DNA from: an uncultured Anaerotruncus sp.
Lineage (GTDB): Bacteria; Bacillota; Clostridia; Oscillospirales; CAG-272
Length of the DNA: 64,000 nt
Assembly (NCBI GenBank): GCA_902461815.1
Contig: CABPZE010000005.1
Span: 38,134 to 102,133, forward strand
Direction of reading: 5' to 3'
Shown here: positions 35,505 through 44,521 of the stretch, one piece after another
Position numbering within the stretch: position 1 is the first letter of the stretch
Layout of the letters: each line of letters starts with the position of its first letter
Translations under genes and position numbers: made by a program
The notes under the pieces: generated by a model
The model's input: only the letters and a program-made list of their open reading frames with translations
Told to the model about the DNA's origin: nothing
Databases searched by the model: none

Positions 35505-36593
35505 TCACTCGGGAATTTCAATATCCTCTTCAGGATCGTTTCCGTCCGCTGGAATTGCGGCAGTCTCCGGCGGAGCAGTTGTCTCCGGCGCGTCAAATAT
35601 CAGGCGCACCTCAGCCGACCCCGGATTTTCGACAAAACTTATCCCTGCCGGCAGCATTGAAGCGGTAAGCGTTACCGTGTAACTGTCCTTTTCGTCCGAC
35701 AGAATATTGAGGATAACGACCTTATCGACCGCGGCAAGCAGCTTCGGGTCTCCGCGCAGAGTCACCGAGGCGGGCGTTATAGTACAGCCGCGGTAAAGCG
35801 ACGACGAAAAGCCGGGGGAAAGCTCCGCCGCAAGCGGCACCGTTTTGTCGGTGTAGACCTCAAGAGATACCGTGATATCCTGCGTACCGAGGCGCAGATA
35901 CTTGCTGTCCACTGCCAGCCCGTCCTTATCGACCGGCTCAAGGACTCCGGTGGCTATCACGCCTGTGGTTATCTCGCCCATTTCGATCACGGCTCTCAGC
36001 GCCGCGATCCTTTCAAGCAGGTTCTTGGGTCCGCTGACCGTAACGGTATCCGCGCTCTTTTCGATCTTTCCGATCGTATAGGAGGAATCAATTATATACC
36101 GCGGAACGACCTCCACGGGAACCTCGCGGGAGGCAAGTACGTCGGTGTAAATATTGACCGCAGACGGTTCTGTGTTTATCCTTTCGACTCCGGCAGGCAG
36201 GTCAACAGACACAGGAACAAGATGCCTGTCGGCAGTGGTTATACCGCCTACATTCACATATGCGCGAAAATCCTCGGAGGTGAGCGCGTTTATCTCGCTG
36301 CGTTTGCCGCGCACCGTAACGCTGACGGCGCTCTCCTCAAGATTTATGACCGACATGTTGCTTGCGTCAGCAAGCGTTTCACTGCCCTCGACCTCAACGG
36401 CAATAAGCGTAAATGTCTTTTCGTAGTCGTCGGAATCGTTGTCAATGACATAAAGCCAGATGGCAAAAGCAAGCAAAAGACACACAATACGCGCAATTAT
36501 CTGCAAGCCGCCGCGACTGTCCCGACCTGTTTCGGAGTACTGATCCGCTGCGTCGTATTCTGAATATTCGTTTTCGGCAGATCTTTTTTTCAT
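35505..36593 (-). CDS. cdaR: YbbR-domain protein CdaR (regulator of diadenylate cyclase)
   Basis: 362 aa. One N-terminal TM helix followed by repeated YbbR-like beta domains. Lies 18 nt downstream of cdaA. Confidence 0.8.
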   Translation of the reverse strand: MKKRSAENEYSEYDAADQYSETGRDSRGGLQIIARIVCLLLAFAIWLYVIDNDSDDYEKTFTLIAVEVEGSETLADASNMSVINLEESAVSVTVRGKRSEINALTSEDFRAYVNVGGITTADRHLVPVSVDLPAGVERINTEPSAVNIYTDVLASREVPVEVVPRYIIDSSYTIGKIEKSADTVTVSGPKNLLERIAALRAVIEMGEITTGVIATGVLEPVDKDGLAVDSKYLRLGTQDITVSLEVYTDKTVPLAAELSPGFSSSLYRGCTITPASVTLRGDPKLLAAVDKVVILNILSDEKDSYTVTLTASMLPAGISFVENPGSAEVRLIFDAPETTAPPETAAIPADGNDPEEDIEIPE

Positions 36594-36611
36594 ACGACCT
36601 TTTGCGCCTCC

Positions 36612-37556
36612 TTACCGTTTCTTTTCCTTGTTTTCCGCGCCGTCCGCGGCTTTTTCTTTTTCAAGGCGTTCCGCGGCGCGTCTGGCGCGTCTGCTGATCT
36701 TCTTTACCGGCCCTTCGTCCGGCACAAGATATTTTACAAGCTGCTGCTTGAGTGTGGCGTACGTGAAGTTACGCTCAAGCTCACCGTCAACCGCAATTGA
36801 TATTGTTCCGGTCTCCTCCGAAACAACTATCACTACCGCGTCGCTGACCTCGCTGAGACCCAGCGCCGCCCTGTGTCGCGTGCCGAGATCCTTATTTACG
36901 TCCTTTGATGACAGCGGCAGATAACAACCCGCGGCGTATATGCGGCGGCCGCGCACGATAACGGCGCCGTCGTGCAGAGGAGCTTTGTTGACGAAAATAT
37001 TTCGAAGCAACGGAGCGGACATTTCAGCGTTCAGAACCACTCCCTGCCCCAGATGCTCGCCGAGCTTTGTGTTGCGCTCAATGGCAATGAGAGCGCCGGT
37101 GCGGCTGCGTGCCATTGCATCCGCCGCCTCACTCAGCACATCCGCCATTTCGACGATCTTTTTCATCTCTCCGGCATTCATACTTCGTAAGCCCTTGATA
37201 GGCGTAGTACCGAAGCGCTCCAGCGCCGCACGAAGGTCAGACTGAAAGATCACAATTATGGCGATCATGCCGACCTGATAAAAGTTCTGAAGCACAAATT
37301 TCAGCGCCTTGAGGTTAAGGGCGATGCTCAACAGCATCACCGCGATCACAAAAAGCAGACCGATGGCAAGCCTTCCGGCGCGCCGGTTGCGTATGAATCG
37401 GTAAATATAAAAAAGTATCGCGGAAAGGATCAGTATATCAAGCGCGTCCGCGAACGTAAAGCCACGCAGGGCGTCGAGAATATATGAATTGCAGAACTCG
37501 GCGGCAGAGGTGAAAAAATCCCCGAGTTTCTCAAAAAATGTCGAAACAGCAACCAT
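36612..37556 (-). CDS. cdaA: Diadenylate cyclase CdaA
   Basis: 314 aa. Three N-terminal TM helices. DAC motifs GALIAIER, HDGAVIV, LGTRHRAALG, SEETGTISI. Lys/Glu-rich C-terminal tail. Confidence 0.9.
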   Translation of the reverse strand: MVAVSTFFEKLGDFFTSAAEFCNSYILDALRGFTFADALDILILSAILFYIYRFIRNRRAGRLAIGLLFVIAVMLLSIALNLKALKFVLQNFYQVGMIAIIVIFQSDLRAALERFGTTPIKGLRSMNAGEMKKIVEMADVLSEAADAMARSRTGALIAIERNTKLGEHLGQGVVLNAEMSAPLLRNIFVNKAPLHDGAVIVRGRRIYAAGCYLPLSSKDVNKDLGTRHRAALGLSEVSDAVVIVVSEETGTISIAVDGELERNFTYATLKQQLVKYLVPDEGPVKKISRRARRAAERLEKEKAADGAENKEKKR

Positions 37557-37780
37557 TTCAGCTTCCTTGCCTAATGTAAGTTAAATCAATATTATTATAT
37601 TACCACAATTCGCGCGCGATTTCAACACTTTTTTTATAGTATATAAAAAAATATATGGAATCAAATATATTCACTATATTTCAAGCGGTTATTTTTGCTA
37701 TTCACATCCGGTTAATAATTTCGGTGTATAATACATGGAGTAATTTTGTCCGCGTACAATGCGCGGGAAAGGCTGAGACT

Positions 37781-38896
37781 ATGATGTTTTCAATAGACAT
37801 ACCTGTAAAAATAATTTCCGGGCGCGGATGCGTCGCCTCCCGCCCGAATGAGCTGAAGCTCGGAAGGCACGCCGCCGTGGTATGCGGCAAGCACAGCGCG
37901 CATGCCTCCGGGGCGCTCGGCGACGTGACGCGGGCGCTGTCATCCCTTGGAATAGCCTGCGACATACTTGACGGAGCGCTGCCGAATCCACCGCTTTCAT
38001 CGGCGTACGACATGGGGCTTCGCGCCGCCGCGCTGGGAGCAGATTTTGTGATCGGCATAGGCGGAGGCTCGGCAATGGACAGCGCCAAAGCCGTCGCTGC
38101 ATTCGCGGCAAATCCCACTATAGCACCCGAGGAGCTGTATATACCAGAAAAGCTGCAAAACCCACCTCTTCCCATAGTGCTTATCCCCACCACAGCCGGA
38201 ACCGGCAGCGAAGCCAACCCCTATTCGGTGCTTACCCTTCCCGACGGCAGACATAAAAAGACCTACTCCTCGCGCGGAGCATGGGCGCGCGTGGCTTTTC
38301 TTGACCCCGCATACACCGAATCGGTGGGGCGCGACGGCACGATAAGCACCGCGCTTGACGCCATGGCGCACGCGATGGAGTCATATCTTTCGCCTAAATC
38401 AAACGATCTTTCGCGTATGCTCTCGCTTTATGCGGGACGCGCGATATGGGATGTGCTGTCGGAATATCCCGACACCTTTACGCCGGATATGCGGGACGCT
38501 CTTGCCTGTGCCTCCTGCGCCGCAGGTGCGGCGATAAGCATCACCGGGACGGGATTCCCGCATCCGCTCGGATACAGCCTGACTCTGCTCGACGGCATTC
38601 CGCATGGCAGAGCGTGCGCGGTCTTCCACGGCGACTATATTGAGTACAACCGCAGAACTCCCGAAGGCGCGGCTCTGATCGACGCATTTGCCGCCGGTAT
38701 CGGCACAAAACCCTCGCTGCTTGCAGAATATCTGCCTTCCCTCGCCGCCGTCAGACTGCACTTCACCGACGCGGAGATCGCCGAGCGCGTTTCGCTGATA
38801 AGCAACGCAAAAAATTACACGAACAGCCCTTATGTGCTGTCGGATGAAGAAAAAACAGAAATTTACCGCAAACACTTTGGAGGGAAAAATGCTTGA
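37781..38896 (+). CDS. Iron-containing (group III) alcohol dehydrogenase family protein
   Basis: The track ORF starts at 37655. The conserved core starts at MMFSIDIPVKI (ATG 37781). Motifs GIGGGSAMDSAK, PTTAGTGSE and DAMAHAME (metal His). Confidence 0.85.
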   Translation: MMFSIDIPVKIISGRGCVASRPNELKLGRHAAVVCGKHSAHASGALGDVTRALSSLGIACDILDGALPNPPLSSAYDMGLRAAALGADFVIGIGGGSAMDSAKAVAAFAANPTIAPEELYIPEKLQNPPLPIVLIPTTAGTGSEANPYSVLTLPDGRHKKTYSSRGAWARVAFLDPAYTESVGRDGTISTALDAMAHAMESYLSPKSNDLSRMLSLYAGRAIWDVLSEYPDTFTPDMRDALACASCAAGAAISITGTGFPHPLGYSLTLLDGIPHGRACAVFHGDYIEYNRRTPEGAALIDAFAAGIGTKPSLLAEYLPSLAAVRLHFTDAEIAERVSLISNAKNYTNSPYVLSDEEKTEIYRKHFGGKNA

Positions 38897-39590
38897 ATCC
38901 CTGAAAAAAGAAGTATATGAAGCAAACATGGAGCTTGTCGCGCGCGGACTTGTCATCAACACATGGGGCAATGTCAGCGGCATCGACCGCGCAAGCGGGC
39001 TTGTAGTTATAAAACCGTCCGGTGTTCCGTACGATGAGCTTACCCCCGACTGCCTGCCGGTGCTTGACCTTGACGGCAGAGTGATCGAAGGCAGACTCAA
39101 GCCCTCGTCCGACACCCCCACTCACCTTGCGCTTTACCGCGCATTCCCCGAGATCGGCGGTGTGACGCACACGCACTCAACACACGCCGTGGCGTTTGCA
39201 CAGGCGGGCAGAAGCATTGCCGCATACGGCACGACACACGCCGATTATTTTTCCGGAGCAATCCCCTGCACCAGAAAAATGACACCCGAGGAAATTGCGG
39301 GATCATACGAAAAGGAGACTGCAACCGTTATCATCGAGGCGATAAAGCCGATAGGCGCGGAACGTATGCGCGCCGCGCTGGTCCACTCACACGGACCGTT
39401 CACATGGGGTAAAAACGCCCCGGAATCGGTCGAGGTCTCGGCAGTGCTTGAGGTCGTGGCGCAAATGGCGCTGTATACCGAGCAGCTTTTTGCCGCAGCC
39501 GGACAAAAGCCCGAGATCATACAGCCCGAGCTGCTCTCCCGTCACTACGACCGCAAGCACGGTAAGAACGCATATTACGGGCAGAACTGA
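38889..39590 (+). CDS. araD: L-ribulose-5-phosphate 4-epimerase (class II aldolase/adducin family)
   Basis: The track ORF starts at 38832. The core MLESLKKEVYEANMEL..TWGNVSGIDR..IKPSGV..PSSDTPTH..GGVTHTHS..GTTHADYF.G.IPCTRKMT is near-colinear with E. coli AraD as I remember it. 8-nt overlap with the ADH gene. Confidence 0.85.
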   Translation: MLESLKKEVYEANMELVARGLVINTWGNVSGIDRASGLVVIKPSGVPYDELTPDCLPVLDLDGRVIEGRLKPSSDTPTHLALYRAFPEIGGVTHTHSTHAVAFAQAGRSIAAYGTTHADYFSGAIPCTRKMTPEEIAGSYEKETATVIIEAIKPIGAERMRAALVHSHGPFTWGKNAPESVEVSAVLEVVAQMALYTEQLFAAAGQKPEIIQPELLSRHYDRKHGKNAYYGQN

Positions 39591-39652
39591 CCCGCGCGCA
39601 ATAATACACAGCATTCCGTATTTTATAGCAATATTATTTTTCCGATCACGGA

Positions 39653-39697
39653 AACCACCCCGGCAGGGACGTTTAATTCCTGCCGGGGTGGTTTTTT
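39653..39697 (+). terminator. Intrinsic terminator after araD
   Basis: AACCACCCCGGCAGG..11-nt loop..CCTGCCGGGGTGGTT followed by TTTTT. Confidence 0.85.
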
Positions 39698-39737
39698 ATG
39701 CTGAGCAAGAAGCAGAGATACGGTCTCAGCTTCTGTT

Positions 39738-41768
39738 TTATCTGAACTTAGCAGTAACGGTGACGTTATCGGAAAATTCCGAGCGGTTGCCGTTCGGTGT
39801 CAGCGTTCCCGAAGTTACCTCATAGCCTGCGAAGGTCTTGCCCTCGTCGGGAACGGGCGTGACCGAAAGCGAGCCGTCATCATTGACGCTGAGCAGGAGT
39901 CTGCCGCCGTCCGACAGCAGTGTCAGTCTTTTTGCGCTCGTAGACATATAGCGCAAAGTCATTCCGCCCTCTCCGCCAAGCAAAATGTCGACAGGGCAGG
40001 TCCTTATCGCGGAAACGGTATATTTTCTTTGATACTGCGCCATTGATGTGCAGCCCACAGCCTGCGCATATTCGATGCTTACACCGTCAACGACCGAGCT
40101 TACGTTATAGCTCTTTCCCTCGACGGTATTGTCCTCGCAAAGCAGCCCCTTTACATAGCGCATTTCAAAGAAGCGTCCGCTGCCTGTAAACTTGTCGTCA
40201 ACAATTATCTTGTTACCGCGCACAGTCAGATCCTCTATACGGTTCTGAACCAGCTTGAAGCCGCGCTGAATCGCCGGGGTGTCGGTATACCAGTTTATAA
40301 ACGCCGTGCTTGTGTCATACATCACGTCGGAGTCATAAAGATTTGACACCGCTTTTACCGCGCCGCGCATTTTTGTCGCGCCGCTGAATTCAAACACATT
40401 GTTTTCGATCACCGTGCCTATCGAGCCGATGCAGGCGTATTTTCTTGCGTAATATGCGGTCACCGAAGCGCCGGAGGCGTTTGTGGTCTTTATTGAAATA
40501 TCCGAATCCTTGAGATAAAGAGATATCTGATAGGACACAGCATCATCGGAAACACTGTTGGCGCGATCCGAAATAAACCTGTTACCGCTTATCAGCACAT
40601 CGCTGTAAGCGGGATAACGTATTGCGGAGCAGCGGCAGCTGTCAAACACACAGCCCGTAATCTTAAGTCCCGTCACCGCAGACTTATGCACCTGACCGTG
40701 ATGCCCTATGGCATATGTGGGAGCGTCATATGTGTCGCTTCTGCCGAAATAGCAGCCGCTTATTTCAACATTCGAGCAGGAATAGTATTCACCCACAGCG
40801 AATTTGGAGGCAGGATTGTCTCCGCCACCGATCGCGCCCGGATGCGTCTGCTCGATCTGTATCACCTCGGCTGTGGTATTGTTTGTCGTATAGTTATACC
40901 CGGCAAACATACAGTCAAGAATGCGTACATTTGTGCTGCCCGTGACCTGAATGGCATGGTTGTTGGGGCAGTCCTTGAGAACGACATTTTTAAGCAGGAC
41001 ATTGTCGGCACAGCACCAGATAAAGCAGCGCACCTTGCCCTTCATATCCAGCATTCCGCCTGTGATCGAAAAATTCGAACAGCCGTTGCGTCCGTAATCA
41101 TGGTTTTTGTGATTTATGAACATATCCCCGCTTCCGTCGGTGCGCAGCACGGCAAAGTCGCCGCGCGCTACCGCGCGCTGTACTCCCGCCTGAGTATATG
41201 ACTGGGTGTAGTCCTTAAGCATTCCTTCGAGCTTGAGGCTTACACCCTCCTTCAGCTGTATCTGGCTGATGGTATATGTCCCGCGCGGAATGTATACTGT
41301 ACCTCCGTCGGGCAGTGAATCAATTGCTTTCTGGATAGCCGCAGTGGCGTTGTCGGCAGACCCGGCACCAAAATCGCGCACATCGACCGACTTTTCATCC
41401 GGAGCATATGCGCCGCTGACCGAAATTCCGTTTACGGCGTCGCAGACGACGGATACTTCAAATTCCTCTCCGTATGTATTCGTAACGGTGACGGACGTGC
41501 TTCCCACCCCCTGACCGGTCAGGATAAGCTCACGGTCAAACACCTTTGCCTCGACAACTCCCGCATCTGCGGGCACGGCGGAAAACGGAGTGCACCCGAG
41601 TTCCTTCTGACTCACAACGTGTTCCACTCCGAGAATTGCGCTGAGGTCTGCGGTGGATTCTTCCACGGTAGTCTCGTCAGGCGTCTGCTCCGGCTGGCAG
41701 GAGCAAAGCGCGATGGCAAGCAGCAAAGCGCACACAAGGAACATAATTCTGGAAATCGTTTCTTTCAT
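39738..41768 (-). CDS. Lipoprotein with right-handed beta-helix (pectate-lyase-superfamily / GH28-related) domain
   Basis: 676 aa. Lipobox LCSC. N-terminal Ig-like segment, then VDVRDFGAGSADNATAAIQKAIDSLPDGGTVYIPRGTYTIS (Pectate_lyase_3-type start) and repeated beta-helix turns. Confidence 0.75.
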   Translation of the reverse strand: MKETISRIMFLVCALLLAIALCSCQPEQTPDETTVEESTADLSAILGVEHVVSQKELGCTPFSAVPADAGVVEAKVFDRELILTGQGVGSTSVTVTNTYGEEFEVSVVCDAVNGISVSGAYAPDEKSVDVRDFGAGSADNATAAIQKAIDSLPDGGTVYIPRGTYTISQIQLKEGVSLKLEGMLKDYTQSYTQAGVQRAVARGDFAVLRTDGSGDMFINHKNHDYGRNGCSNFSITGGMLDMKGKVRCFIWCCADNVLLKNVVLKDCPNNHAIQVTGSTNVRILDCMFAGYNYTTNNTTAEVIQIEQTHPGAIGGGDNPASKFAVGEYYSCSNVEISGCYFGRSDTYDAPTYAIGHHGQVHKSAVTGLKITGCVFDSCRCSAIRYPAYSDVLISGNRFISDRANSVSDDAVSYQISLYLKDSDISIKTTNASGASVTAYYARKYACIGSIGTVIENNVFEFSGATKMRGAVKAVSNLYDSDVMYDTSTAFINWYTDTPAIQRGFKLVQNRIEDLTVRGNKIIVDDKFTGSGRFFEMRYVKGLLCEDNTVEGKSYNVSSVVDGVSIEYAQAVGCTSMAQYQRKYTVSAIRTCPVDILLGGEGGMTLRYMSTSAKRLTLLSDGGRLLLSVNDDGSLSVTPVPDEGKTFAGYEVTSGTLTPNGNRSEFSDNVTVTAKFR

Positions 41769-41895
41769 TTTTCGTGTCTCTCCTTATATCTTTCTGAATA
41801 CTGTCATGTGGTTATGTGGTTATTCCTTATTGTTGTATTGTATCATCCGACCGCCAATTTGTCAACCCGCAGAAAGCATAAATCGGCAAAAACGC

Positions 41896-41924
41896 TTGAC
41901 AATCACCGGCAATTGTGAGATAAT
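41896..41924 (+). promoter_or_regulatory. Sigma-A-type promoter of the FAD-oxidoreductase gene
   Basis: TTGACA, 17-nt spacer, GATAAT. Confidence 0.5.
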
Positions 41925-41987
41925 ATAAAAGTAAAAAAATATATACCGCGCGACAATGACCGGAACGCGGCTGCCAAGGAGGAACAA

Positions 41988-43829
41988 TTGATACGCTACG
42001 AAGAAAAAAGCTATGAATTCATTGTCGTAGGAGGCGGAATGGCAGGTCTTTGCGCCGCAATCTCCGCCGCACGACACGGGACACGCACGGCGCTGGTACA
42101 CGCCCGACCGGTGCTCGGCGGCAATGCCTCGAGTGAGATCAGAATACATATCTCGGGCGCCGACCAGAGCCTTAAACAGCCCGATTATGCCGAGGGCGGC
42201 TTGGTTTACGAGCTTATGTCCGAAAACAAAGCGCATAATGATACATTCAGCTATTCCTACTGGGACACGGTGCTCTTTGAAAAAGCCAAGGCTGAAAAGC
42301 TGCTTGACGTTTATTTCAACACGGTAATGTACGATGTTGAAGCCGCAGACGACCGCATAGTTGCGATCCGCTGCTTCCAGGAGACCACCGAAATGAGATA
42401 CCGCCTCACAGCTCCGGTATTTGCCGACTGCACCGGAAACGGCACGCTGGGCTTTTTCGCCGGAGCGGAGTTCAAGCAGGGCAGCGAGGCGCAATCGGAA
42501 TACGGCGAGCCTCACGCACCCGAAAAGGCAAACAACGAGCGCATGGGAAATACCATACTCATGAAAGCGGTGAATGTGGGGCATCCCGTGAAATTCACCC
42601 CTCCTGCCTTTACCAAAAAGCTGACCGAGCATCAGCTTCGCTACCGTGTTCACTCAAAGACCATGAAGGTTGACGCCAGCATGGCTCCCGACCCCGAGGA
42701 GTGGCTTCGCCTCTCGGCGTGCAGCTGCGCCGCCGTGGATTACGGCTATTGGTGGCTGGAGCTTATGGGAGACGGCGACGACATCATACTTGACTATGAG
42801 ACGATACGCGACGACCTTTACGCCTATGCATACGGTATCTGGGATCACATCAAGAACGGCGGCGACCACGGCGCGGAGAACTATGTCCTCCAATGGGTGG
42901 GCGCACTGCCCGGCACACGCGAAAGCCGTCGGCTTATTGGCGACTATGTACTGACGGAAAGCGATATACTCGACCACAAGATCTTTGACGACGCAGTAGC
43001 TTACGGCGGCTGGTGTGTTGACCTGCACGCCGCGCACGGTCTGCTGGACTTTGACCTGCTGCCCTCCGACTGCCACCACTTCCTCGGCGTTTACACGATC
43101 CCCTACCGCTGCTACTACTCAAAGAACATAAAGAACCTCTACATGGCGGGACGCGACATCAGCACCTCCAAGCTCGGTCTTGCATCCACCCGCATTATCG
43201 GCTGCTGTGCCATCGGCGGTCAGGCGGTCGGAACCGCCGCAGCCCTTTGCACCAAATACGCCTGCGAGCCGCGAGGACTCGCCCCCCATATTGACGAGCT
43301 TCAGCAGATAATACTTAAGGATGACGGCTATCTGCCTACTTTTGTGAACCACGACCCGGCGGACCGTGCTCTCCGCGCATCCGTGAGCGCCAGCTCGCAG
43401 ATCCCCGGCGGCGAGCCTCAGAAGGTCGTAAACGGCACTTCCCGCAAGCTGGGCGAGGAGCAGAACGCCTGGATCTCCGACGGCATTTCCGAAAACGGCG
43501 AAACGCTTACCCTGCAGCTTGACGCCGCATATAATATCTCCGAGGTGGATCTGACCTTTGATTCCAACTTTGCCTACCCCATCCGCGTCACAATGTCCGC
43601 GAACCGTCAGGCTCAGCAGCGCATCGGCGTTGCACCGGAGCTGGTCAAAGACTACGACGTGATACTGAAAAAAGCCGGCAAGGAGGTCGGTCGCGAGCAG
43701 GTACGCGGCAACTATCAGCGGCATAATGTCGTAAAGCTGACTCCGGCAGAGTGCGACGAGATAGAGATACATTTCATTGCCACAAACGGCGCTCCCGCAT
43801 TCAAGGTATACGAGGTAAGAGCATACTGA
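41988..43829 (+). CDS. FAD-dependent oxidoreductase (FAD_oxidored-type) with C-terminal galactose-binding-like domain; no signal peptide
   Basis: 613 aa. TTG start 5 nt after AAGGAGG. YEFIVVGGGMAGLCAAISAARHG..GGNASSE. The C-terminal 130 aa or so are beta-sandwich-like. Confidence 0.75.
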   Translation: MIRYEEKSYEFIVVGGGMAGLCAAISAARHGTRTALVHARPVLGGNASSEIRIHISGADQSLKQPDYAEGGLVYELMSENKAHNDTFSYSYWDTVLFEKAKAEKLLDVYFNTVMYDVEAADDRIVAIRCFQETTEMRYRLTAPVFADCTGNGTLGFFAGAEFKQGSEAQSEYGEPHAPEKANNERMGNTILMKAVNVGHPVKFTPPAFTKKLTEHQLRYRVHSKTMKVDASMAPDPEEWLRLSACSCAAVDYGYWWLELMGDGDDIILDYETIRDDLYAYAYGIWDHIKNGGDHGAENYVLQWVGALPGTRESRRLIGDYVLTESDILDHKIFDDAVAYGGWCVDLHAAHGLLDFDLLPSDCHHFLGVYTIPYRCYYSKNIKNLYMAGRDISTSKLGLASTRIIGCCAIGGQAVGTAAALCTKYACEPRGLAPHIDELQQIILKDDGYLPTFVNHDPADRALRASVSASSQIPGGEPQKVVNGTSRKLGEEQNAWISDGISENGETLTLQLDAAYNISEVDLTFDSNFAYPIRVTMSANRQAQQRIGVAPELVKDYDVILKKAGKEVGREQVRGNYQRHNVVKLTPAECDEIEIHFIATNGAPAFKVYEVRAY

Positions 43830-43843
43830 TCCGGTCAGCCGAA

Positions 43844-43887
43844 TAAAAAACACCGGGGCTGCCGCGTATATCGCCGCAGCCCCGGTG
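43844..43887. terminator. Shared hairpin terminator between convergent genes (the T-tract is on the minus-strand transcript)
   Basis: CACCGGGGCTGC..loop..GCAGCCCCGGTG, preceded by AAAAAA on the plus strand. Confidence 0.75.
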
Positions 43888-43923
43888 CGGACATAAGTGC
43901 ATTACGCGCTGTCCGTCCATCAC

Positions 43924-44373
43924 TCAGGAGTACATACTGTTTTTCTTCATATAGTCGTAGATCAGCTTGCCGTGCTCCTGCTCCTCCTTTTGAATTTTTC
44001 CAAGCGCCTGACGGTACTGCTGCTGGTCAAATTCAAATATGCAGGTGTCATAAAGGTGCGAGGCATGCTTTTCGGTGGCAAGCAGGTCGGAGCAGATAAA
44101 GCTGTCGCATTTCTTATCCTCGCTCTCACCCGCCTGATAGGTCGCGCCAAAGGTCGGCGCGGGACCCGCATCCTTCTGCGACGGAGTCTGACCGTTCTGA
44201 ATCTCGGTGACTGTCTGAAGATGCCCCTGCTCTACCCCGGCAATATAGTTAAGAAGTCCGCGAAGCTCCGGGTCTTTGGCGCTGTCGGCGTGCTTGCGGT
44301 ATTTTTCAACGCAAAGCTGCTCCTGTCCCTTAAGATCCTTTATAAGCCCGGTTTCCTTTTGTGTAAGCTGCAT
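43924..44373 (-). CDS. Coat F domain protein (spore coat protein F-like)
   Basis: 149 aa. Two ferritin-like half repeats with ..EK..YRKHADSAKDPELR.. and ..TEKHASHLYD..FEF..QQYRQAL..EEQEHGKLIYDYM. Confidence 0.7.
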   Translation of the reverse strand: MQLTQKETGLIKDLKGQEQLCVEKYRKHADSAKDPELRGLLNYIAGVEQGHLQTVTEIQNGQTPSQKDAGPAPTFGATYQAGESEDKKCDSFICSDLLATEKHASHLYDTCIFEFDQQQYRQALGKIQKEEQEHGKLIYDYMKKNSMYS

Positions 44374-44521
44374 TTTTTACTCTCCTCTGTTTTGAAATCA
44401 TCACATCCGGCGCAGCAAGCGCCGCAAGGATATTATTCCCGCATCCCAGCCGGTTATTCAGTACGGCAAAAACACACCCTGTTTTTTACCATGACGGAAA
44501 GGATGGTCTTCAAATTTTAAA

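Noticed and set aside
37781-39590. Idea that the Fe-ADH + class II aldolase-family pair supplies the missing lactaldehyde reductase (FucO-like) and rhamnulose-1-P aldolase (RhaD) for the rhaA locus 14 kb away.
   Set aside because: The second protein matches AraD-type 4-epimerase motifs almost residue by residue (TWGNVS, PSSDTPTH, HTHS, HADYF..IPCTRKM) rather than RhaD or FucA. It cannot be excluded biochemically but is not supported by the sequence.
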